Below are positions 1 through 6,658 of a stretch of 31,071 bases of DNA, piece after piece. The notes beneath the pieces were generated by a model. The model was not told the DNA's origin, did not search any database, and worked only from the letters and a program-made list of their open reading frames with translations. This DNA is from a virus (Duplodnaviria > Caudoviricetes): IMG/VR virus record IMGVR_UViG_3300032216_001741, positions 1-31,071 of that record; one strand, 5' to 3'. Numbering within the stretch: the first letter of the stretch is position 1; every line of letters starts with the position of its first letter. The translations under genes and the position numbers were made by a program.

Positions 1-282
1 TATGAATATCGTAAAACTTTGATTGCCGCCGCTATAGTTGGGTCCTCCAGACATATAATCACCCATAGCGTCACCTACATAGGTGCTTCTAAACACGCCA
101 CCATTGGCACTGTTCCACGAAATTCTACTGTTAGTGTTACTGACTGTTAATGTATAGCTACCGGTTATTGTTACCCCATTCGCAGGCATAGCAGAATAAT
201 TAGCCGCATCTAAATTGTAGACCAAATTAACAGGAGCCGGGCCACCTTTGTGGCTCATGTTGTGCATCATTATACCAGACAT
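1..282 (-). CDS. Partial gene (runs off left edge); probable LamG/concanavalin-A-like lectin-domain virion protein
   Basis: Not in the ORF track. ATG at 282, 1 nt after the upstream TAA (TAATATG), open to position 1: MSGIMMHNMSHKGGPAPVNLVYNLDAANYSAMP...ISWNSANGGVF...QSFTIFI. LVxxLDAxN and NSANGG motifs are typical of the start of phage LamG-like domains (by eye). Confidence 0.7.
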   Translation of the reverse strand, partial: MSGIMMHNMSHKGGPAPVNLVYNLDAANYSAMPANGVTITGSYTLTVSNTNSRISWNSANGGVFRSTYVGDAMGDYMSGGPNYSGGNQSFTIFI

Positions 283-283
283 A

Positions 284-1582
284 TTATGTTAATCCTGTTC
301 CGTTAATAAACCACGCGGTGGCTGTGACTTTGACCGCAGTGGCCATACCATATGCGGCTAGTGTGCGGCTTCCTGTTGTGCCAGTGCCACCCAAGTACAT
401 GGTGTCTGAAGTAATGGCAATAGTTACTGTTGCACCAGCGGCCGCAATAAATGCAATAGTTGTGCCTATTGGATATGCTACGTTAGCATTGGAGTCAATG
501 GTAATAGTTGCGGTAGCTGTTACATAAATGTGTTTGCCGGCATCACCGATAACAGTTGTGTAAGCACTACTTTTACTTTGTTGTGGCATACCCAAGTAGC
601 CTAAACTAGATGCTGTACTTGATGTAGTTGCAGTTGCGGCAAATGCTGTAACCGGAGCATTACTAGCTCCAATGTTTAATGCTGTAGTTGCGCCGCCTGC
701 AAAATTAACTGTAGTTGCAGTTGTATTAATAAGAGCAAATGTTGTACTTGCTGTAGTAATGCTTGTTGTTATTGCTGGACTGGTTCCAAATACTACAACA
801 CCAGTACCAGTTTCATCACTAACAATAGTTGCCAGTTGTGCAGATGTTAGCGAAGGAATATCTGCTGCCGCTAATGCACGAAATGTTGGACTACCATTAG
901 AAGCACTTGGAGCGGCATATACATAATTTTGTGTCTGACTACCAAATGTACTGTTGATGTCTGATCCTGCGGCAATTGATAACGCACCAGTTGTAGTTGT
1001 ACTCTTAACAATACCAGTAGCCAATGCGCTAGTACCAGGTGCGTAGTCAGTGCCACTAGTTGCGGCTGACCGAGTTGTACCACTTGATTTTACAATACCA
1101 GTTACACTTTGCGCTGATTGATAATCAACATTGGCTGTTGCAATACTTAAAGCGCCGGTTGACGTTGTGCTTTTTAAGATACCAGTAGTTAATGCGCTTG
1201 TGCCTGGAGCATAATCTGTTCCGCTAGTTGCGGCAGATACAACTGAACCGTTGCCTTTAAGTAAACCGGTTATAGTTGTTCCATTAATTGTAGGGCCGCC
1301 CCATACAATATTAGTTCCATTCCAAATTAGTGCAGTGCCTGTCGTAACCGGTGCGCTAATAAATGCAGTAGTATTTGCCGCTGACTGATATGGAATTTGG
1401 TTTGCACCACCGCTGGCAAGATTAGTTGCTGTGGTTGCCGTACCATTAAGTACAAATGTCTTAATAGTTGATAACGGAAGTTGTACCGTTGTTAGTGTAC
1501 TTGAGACATTGGCCACCAGTGCGGCTACTTCTGTGCCGGCTAGCGATTGTCCAAGACTTGGAAGATCCGTGAATTTTGCCAT
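284..1582 (-). CDS. Tail fibre-like structural protein (432 aa) with an internal duplication
   Basis: T/A/S/G-rich ORF; fibre-type motifs (ATNLASGGANQIPYQSAANTT, PTFRALAAADIP, SDETGTGVVVFGTSP); C-terminal SAYTTVIGDAGKHI...YPIGTTI...AVKVTATAWFING domain; SD AAGGA upstream. Confidence 0.75.
   Translation of the reverse strand: MAKFTDLPSLGQSLAGTEVAALVANVSSTLTTVQLPLSTIKTFVLNGTATTATNLASGGANQIPYQSAANTTAFISAPVTTGTALIWNGTNIVWGGPTINGTTITGLLKGNGSVVSAATSGTDYAPGTSALTTGILKSTTSTGALSIATANVDYQSAQSVTGIVKSSGTTRSAATSGTDYAPGTSALATGIVKSTTTTGALSIAAGSDINSTFGSQTQNYVYAAPSASNGSPTFRALAAADIPSLTSAQLATIVSDETGTGVVVFGTSPAITTSITTASTTFALINTTATTVNFAGGATTALNIGASNAPVTAFAATATTSSTASSLGYLGMPQQSKSSAYTTVIGDAGKHIYVTATATITIDSNANVAYPIGTTIAFIAAAGATVTIAITSDTMYLGGTGTTGSRTLAAYGMATAVKVTATAWFINGTGLT
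972..1238 (-). repeat. Intragenic duplication, 168-nt (56-aa) period
   Basis: SAATSGTDYAPGTSALTTGILKSTTSTGALSIA (~1140-1238) vs SAATSGTDYAPGTSALATGIVKSTTTTGALSIA (~972-1070): 30/33 aa identical with many synonymous changes. Confidence 0.9.
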
Positions 1583-1591
1583 TGTTGATCC

Positions 1592-2383
1592 TTATCCTGT
1601 TACAAATGTATAAGGAGTGCCTCCAGCTACATAAGTGTCAATTTCTTTATCTAATTTTTCTAATTCTTCTTTGGCTTCAGCTAACAATGCTGTACCATTT
1701 AATGTGATGCCGCCTGATCCAGGACCTGCAATACTAGCAAACTTGCTACGTGCTTGCCCCAACATCTGTTTACTAACTGCTAATGTATAATTTCTTAACC
1801 ATTGCTTGGCATAAATGTCTTGTAATAATACCCAGTCTGGACGGAAATTATAACATTGAATTAAAATCTGTTCGCCTTGTGCAAAAGGTCTTTGTAAAAT
1901 GTCTAACAAGTGGCTAGTTGGTTTCCATAAAAATTCAATATAGCTACCAAACATACGTCCTACCAGTTTTTGATAACCAGCAAATGCATCGTATGTTGCA
2001 AGGCCGCCCATCATACTACCACTCATTAAATAAGTGTTAGTATAAGCTAGGTTAAACGGTTCAAATAGTGTACCGCCTGCACCAATTCCACTTCTTGAGC
2101 CAATAGCTCTACGAAACACTTGGCGCACTGTGATAACTTCGTCAGGCAATCTATATTCATTTTGATCCTGTATTAGTTCTAGGAACATGTAGCTTTCTTC
2201 TACGCTGTTGCTACTGCGCATACGATAGTGGTTTAATGCACGATCTAGTGCTAGTTCGTAGTGTGCAGGGTCTAGTTCTACTTCGACCATGCCGTCGCCC
2301 AGCATTAATTTTACAAATTCAAACACTTTATTTCGTTCGATTGTACTGTTTGACTGCGTTGTTGATGGTACTGGATCTGACAT
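1592..2383 (-). CDS. gp13: Neck / head-completion protein, T4 gp13-like
   Basis: Motifs VELDPAHYELALDRALNHY, EYRLPDEVITV and WLRNYTLAVSKQMLGQARSKF...GGITLNG..L..EAKEELEKL match the T4 gp13 family pattern; adjacent to gp14/gp15 homologues; SD AGGAG. Confidence 0.85.
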   Translation of the reverse strand: MSDPVPSTTQSNSTIERNKVFEFVKLMLGDGMVEVELDPAHYELALDRALNHYRMRSSNSVEESYMFLELIQDQNEYRLPDEVITVRQVFRRAIGSRSGIGAGGTLFEPFNLAYTNTYLMSGSMMGGLATYDAFAGYQKLVGRMFGSYIEFLWKPTSHLLDILQRPFAQGEQILIQCYNFRPDWVLLQDIYAKQWLRNYTLAVSKQMLGQARSKFASIAGPGSGGITLNGTALLAEAKEELEKLDKEIDTYVAGGTPYTFVTG

Positions 2384-2400
2384 TTTTTGTTCTCCTATGA

Positions 2401-2420
2401 TATTTATCTTACCATAAATA
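2401..2420. promoter_or_regulatory. Back-to-back T4-type late promoters (ATAAATA on both strands)
   Basis: TATTTAT-cttacc-ATAAATA: minus-strand ATAAATA at 2401-2407 faces gp13, plus-strand ATAAATA at 2414-2420 faces gp14. The T4 gp55 late consensus is TATAAATA. Confidence 0.7.
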
Positions 2421-2425
2421 CTATT

Positions 2426-3886
2426 ATGCCACGTTTATCCTTATTCAAACCAGAAAAAGGCTTCGACTATAAGTTTATAGATCGTCAAGCCAGCGAAATG
2501 TTCCAAGTCGGGGGTACAGATGTCTACTTGCACAAGTATTTAGGCCCTAAAAATCCCACAGAAGGAACAGCAGATCAGCCTGTATATTCTACACAGAATG
2601 TTACAAACATTCAAGATTTGCTATTTTTAGAAAATCGAGATAGAGCATACGACCATCAGATCTACCGAATTCGTGGAATTTACAATGTACAAAATGTGGA
2701 CTTTAATCTAAGTCAATTTGGCTTGTTTATTGATAACGATACCTTGTACATGACTGTGCATATTAACGATTTTATCAAATATATCGGACGTAAACCACTA
2801 AGTGGCGACGTGATAGAGTTACCACACCTGCGTGATGACTTTGCTTTGAATGATTATGATGTGAGTTTGCCGCGTTATTATGTTATTGAAGATGTGGGCC
2901 GTGCTAGCGAAGGATTTAGTGCTACGTGGTATCCACATCTATACAGATTAAAAATTAAGAAGATTACCGATAGTCAGCAATTTGCCGATATATTTGATCA
3001 GTCGGCCAAAGATGCCAACGGTGATGCAGATCCTAGCGGTAAAACTCTACGCGATTTACTCAGTATGCATGGTAAAGAACTTGCTATTAATGATGCTATT
3101 GTTCAACAAGCAGAAATTGACGCTCCGCAAAGTGGCTACGAAACTAGACAATTTTATACTCTTGCTACAGACGATAAGGGACAACCTTTGTTGCAAACTG
3201 TTGACAGCACAAGTACTCTAGCTAGCAATGCTGGCACCACTACCAGTTCTAGTAGTGTTAATGCTGTTCCTCAACGTAGTGGCTACAACGGCTATCTACT
3301 GGGCAACGGATTTCCTAGCAACGGTTATGATTTTGGATTTGGCATACAATTTCCTACTAATCCGCAAGACAGTGATTTCTTCTTGCGTGTAGATTTCCTA
3401 CCTAACAGATTATTTAGATTTAGTAATGATCAAAGTTCTTGGATTGCTGTAGAAGATGCGCTACGTATGAACATGACTAATAACGACAGCAGAAGCACAT
3501 TAAAAACTGGCTTCATTAATAATGATAATAATTACATTTATTTTGATGCAGTAACAGACGGTGGTTCGTACGTAACATTGTCAAAAGGCGATACAGTTAT
3601 TGACACATTTATAAATTCAAGCATTACAGGTACATACCTAATGTTGAAATTAGAAACGACTCAATTGTCATTTACCGTTGCAGATTATCCGTCATTATTG
3701 ACTTCGTATACCTACATTAATGATGCCGGACTTACAAGTTTGAAAACTCGAATTAATTTGCCTGTAGTTAATAGTGTACAACAAATTATTCCGTTTGACG
3801 GTCAATGGACAGTTACATTTTACAATACTCGAGAAGCTCAAAAACAAAGCCTTAGCAAGGCGCTTAGACCAAGGGCAGATTTATAA
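2426..3886 (+). CDS. gp14: Neck protein, T4 gp14-like, with a long C-terminal extension
   Basis: GTDVYLHKY, LSQFGLF and GDVIELPH resemble gp14 (SKFG, GDLIYFP); lies between gp13 and gp15. Start moved from TTG 2387 to in-frame ATG 2426 (MPRLSLFKPEKG), because the upstream part overlaps the promoters and the gp13 RBS. Confidence 0.75.
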   Translation: MPRLSLFKPEKGFDYKFIDRQASEMFQVGGTDVYLHKYLGPKNPTEGTADQPVYSTQNVTNIQDLLFLENRDRAYDHQIYRIRGIYNVQNVDFNLSQFGLFIDNDTLYMTVHINDFIKYIGRKPLSGDVIELPHLRDDFALNDYDVSLPRYYVIEDVGRASEGFSATWYPHLYRLKIKKITDSQQFADIFDQSAKDANGDADPSGKTLRDLLSMHGKELAINDAIVQQAEIDAPQSGYETRQFYTLATDDKGQPLLQTVDSTSTLASNAGTTTSSSSVNAVPQRSGYNGYLLGNGFPSNGYDFGFGIQFPTNPQDSDFFLRVDFLPNRLFRFSNDQSSWIAVEDALRMNMTNNDSRSTLKTGFINNDNNYIYFDAVTDGGSYVTLSKGDTVIDTFINSSITGTYLMLKLETTQLSFTVADYPSLLTSYTYINDAGLTSLKTRINLPVVNSVQQIIPFDGQWTVTFYNTREAQKQSLSKALRPRADL

Positions 3887-5367
3887 TGGAATTTTTTTAC
3901 GACGGACAAATAAGACGATATCTGATACAGACTATACGTGTGTTTAGTAACTTTGTAGTCAAGTACGGTGACGGTACACTAGTACGAGTACCAGTCATGT
4001 ATGGAGATGCCGACAGACAAGTTGCTAGTATTATTCGAAATAATAGTGAAAATAAAGTCAACAGCGTTCCTAGAATCGCAGTTTATGTAGATGGACTTGC
4101 ACTAGATAGAGATCGTTTAGCAGATTCTAGTTATATAGGCAAGGTAAATGTAAGAGAACGTGGTACACAAATTGATACAGTTCCTGGTAGTCCAACATAC
4201 GGTGAAACTATATACAACGAATCACCGGGTCGAAACTATACTATCGAAAGATTAATGCCAACACCTTTCAAATTAAGTATGAAAGTTGATTTGTGGACTG
4301 CGAGTACTGAACAAAAGTTACAACTTTTAGAACAGATTCTAGTCTTGTTTAATCCAAGCCTTGAACTACAAACAACTGACAATTACATCGATTGGACAAG
4401 TTTAACAGTATTAAATCTAAACGAAACTACGTGGTCTAGTAGAACTGTGCCAGTAGGAAATGATACTCCTATTGATATAACAACATTAAAAGTAGACACA
4501 CCTGTATGGCTAAGTCCGCCAGCTAAAGTTAAACATCTTGGAGTTATTACAAAGATTGTTACCAGTCTTTATAACTCTGCCGCAACTAATAGTACTACGT
4601 ATGTAGACGGATTAGGATCCGATACTCCAACAACCACAACTTTTACCAACGTGCTCGATTTGGTTATAACAACTGCTGGTCAAAACAGCATCGAAGTGAT
4701 TGGATCTACAGTATTGTTGCTGAATCCAGCTGAAAGTGTCATGCCAAACGAACCTACTCCGGACCCTGCGCCAGTGCGTCAAGGACTACCACTTAACTGG
4801 CAAGAGTTTTTATTAACTGCGGGCGGAAAATATGTTGCTGGCAGTAGCATGATATATCTACAACAACCGAATGGCAGTTATGTTGTTGGTACTTTTGCAA
4901 TCAATGCTCTCGACGAAAGCAGATTAAGTGTTAATTGGAACCCAGATACATTAACTAGTAACACTGGCATTGATAGCACTGGTAAAATTGACAATGCCGT
5001 TGGATACAATGGTGCAGGCAGTTATAGACCTAACAGCACTGGCACGTTTGACGCCATTATTAATCCGTTAACTTATAATCCTGGATCAGTTACTACAGGA
5101 ACCCGTTATTTGTTAGTCGACGACATAGGAAATATTAACAATGTTGTTCCTGCAACAGAATGGGGTTCACTAGTTGCACACGCTAACGATATTATAGAGT
5201 GGACTGGCTCTGCATGGCATGTGGTATTTTCACACAGTCAATATCCCAACACTATGGTATGGCAAACGAATATATACACTGGAGTTCAATACTTATGGAA
5301 CGGAGTTTCCTGGGTCAAGAGCTTTGAAGGTGAATATAGGGCTGGCCAATGGAAAATAGTATTGTAA
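3886..5367 (+). CDS. gp15: Tail sheath stabiliser / tail terminator, T4 gp15-like, with extra C-terminal Trp-rich domain
   Basis: FFYDGQIRRYLIQTIRVFSNF, VPVMYG, PRIAV and PTPFKLSMKVDLWT...QLLEQILVLFNP match the gp15 family pattern; TAATG stop/start overlap with gp14. Confidence 0.85.
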   Translation: MEFFYDGQIRRYLIQTIRVFSNFVVKYGDGTLVRVPVMYGDADRQVASIIRNNSENKVNSVPRIAVYVDGLALDRDRLADSSYIGKVNVRERGTQIDTVPGSPTYGETIYNESPGRNYTIERLMPTPFKLSMKVDLWTASTEQKLQLLEQILVLFNPSLELQTTDNYIDWTSLTVLNLNETTWSSRTVPVGNDTPIDITTLKVDTPVWLSPPAKVKHLGVITKIVTSLYNSAATNSTTYVDGLGSDTPTTTTFTNVLDLVITTAGQNSIEVIGSTVLLLNPAESVMPNEPTPDPAPVRQGLPLNWQEFLLTAGGKYVAGSSMIYLQQPNGSYVVGTFAINALDESRLSVNWNPDTLTSNTGIDSTGKIDNAVGYNGAGSYRPNSTGTFDAIINPLTYNPGSVTTGTRYLLVDDIGNINNVVPATEWGSLVAHANDIIEWTGSAWHVVFSHSQYPNTMVWQTNIYTGVQYLWNGVSWVKSFEGEYRAGQWKIVL

Positions 5368-5798
5368 AAGAACCTATCGTTTGTAGCGGTGCATTGTTTT
5401 ATGCAAAGACTACAGGCAGATTTTTGCTACTACAAAAAGCAGAAGGTAAACATGCCGGTACCTGGGGACTAGTAGGTGGCACAAACGTCACCGGTGAAAC
5501 CCCATGGCAAGGTCTACAACGTGAAATTACTGAAGAAATAGGTAGCGTTCCTAAAATAATAAAAACCCTACCATTAGAAACTTTTGTTAGTAATGATAAG
5601 GTTTTTAATTTTCATACATATTTGTGTGTAATAGAAACTGAATTTGTTCCTATTCTCAGTGATGAACATTGCGCATGGGCTTGGAGTACCATAGACCGTG
5701 CTCCTAAGCCACTACATCAAGGTCTACGTAATAGTTTTAGTTCAAAAACTATTCGTAATAAACTACAAACAGTCTTTGATGTGGTAGATTTAATGTAA
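5349..5798 (+). CDS. Nudix hydrolase
   Basis: Complete Nudix box G-TNVTG-E-TPWQGLQ-REITEEIG (GX5EX7REUXEEXG), preceded by RFLLLQK...GTWGLVGG and followed by LSDEH..WAW and PLHQG. Confidence 0.93.
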   Translation: MENSIVKEPIVCSGALFYAKTTGRFLLLQKAEGKHAGTWGLVGGTNVTGETPWQGLQREITEEIGSVPKIIKTLPLETFVSNDKVFNFHTYLCVIETEFVPILSDEHCAWAWSTIDRAPKPLHQGLRNSFSSKTIRNKLQTVFDVVDLM

Positions 5799-6260
5799 TT
5801 TTGGCTTGTTTGCTTCACCGAATTTTTCTTCCATACCTGCTTCTTCTAATTCTTCCACGATATCGTCCAAGTCATCTTCGCCTACCTGCTCGTTAATATC
5901 TTCAGGTTCGAATTCAGTAGGGCCGTCACTTTCTAAATCTACATCAAATTGTACAAATCGCAAGTAGTGAAAAAAGAATGTTTTAAGTTCCTCAACATCG
6001 TCAGCAGTGGCATCTGTGATACCATTAAACTCTATAAATTCTTTTACAGCATCGGCTAATAGCGCCGCTTTAATTTGAGGATAATACCAAGTAAAACTTT
6101 TAGATTTTTTATAAATTACATGAATATTATATTCAGCTAGATCTTGCTCATTTTCTATCTTTTCGTCAGGCCCAAAAAATTCGGCTTCCCATGCTGTAGA
6201 AATAATGTCTTTTTCTTCTAGATCTTCCCAATCTTTAATTTCTAATTTGTCTGTGTTCAT
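5790..6260 (-). CDS. Hypothetical highly acidic protein (156 aa)
   Basis: ATG with GGAG SD and upstream TAAATA; about 45 Asp/Glu vs about 14 Lys/Arg by hand count; 3' end overlaps the Nudix stop by 9 nt. Confidence 0.8.
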   Translation of the reverse strand: MNTDKLEIKDWEDLEEKDIISTAWEAEFFGPDEKIENEQDLAEYNIHVIYKKSKSFTWYYPQIKAALLADAVKEFIEFNGITDATADDVEELKTFFFHYLRFVQFDVDLESDGPTEFEPEDINEQVGEDDLDDIVEELEEAGMEEKFGEANKPKLH

Positions 6261-6280
6261 GTGCTCTCCAGGGTTGCAGT

Positions 6281-6286
6281 TATTTA
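6281..6286 (-). promoter_or_regulatory. Putative late promoter (TAAATA)
   Basis: Minus strand reads tagtTAAATAactgcaaccctGGAGagcacATG. A possible divergent variant ATAAGTA lies at 6299-6305 on the plus strand. Confidence 0.55.
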
Positions 6287-6326
6287 ACTAGATCCGAAAT
6301 AAGTATACTATAAAATGGAGTAAAAT

Positions 6327-6635
6327 ATGTTTTCAAGAATACAAGATTTAGATCGATACAAACTTGATTGTAAACGATTTAACTTAGGAATACAAGGCCA
6401 ATTGGACGATATTGCCAAACAAGGTCAGGAATTATTTGATAGTTTGCAAGTGGCGATAGAAGATTTTGACAATACCACTGCTGGACTTATTAAAAAAACT
6501 GAATCAGGTGCGCATTTAGACCACGTGGCGGCACAAGACCGTGTGCGAGAAGCTAAAATAGCAATGGAATCTTGGATGTTAACTTATGCTCCAAATACTC
6601 ATGTAGAAGAAGTTACGCTAGATTCGGCTAAATAA
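6327..6635 (+). CDS. Hypothetical helical protein (102 aa)
   Basis: ATG with GGAG SD; fills the gap between neighbouring genes; amphipathic helical-looking sequence; no family recognised. Confidence 0.75.
   Translation: MFSRIQDLDRYKLDCKRFNLGIQGQLDDIAKQGQELFDSLQVAIEDFDNTTAGLIKKTESGAHLDHVAAQDRVREAKIAMESWMLTYAPNTHVEEVTLDSAK
6629..6634 (+). promoter_or_regulatory. Putative late promoter (TAAATA)
   Basis: gcTAAATAatagcaataagcGGAGattcttaaATG, overlapping the stop of the 102-aa gene, about 25 nt before the 833-aa gene. Confidence 0.6.
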
Positions 6636-6658
6636 TAGCAATAAGCGGAGATTCTTAA

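Noticed and set aside
4-19. GAATATCGTAAAACTT similar to GAATATCGCAAAAACTT in the leader at ~30585-30601
   Set aside because: Short AT-rich imperfect match lying within coding sequence; likely chance.
2387-2425. ORF-track N-terminal extension of gp14 from TTG 2387
   Set aside because: Overlaps the gp13 RBS and both promoter motifs; ATG 2426 is the more plausible start.
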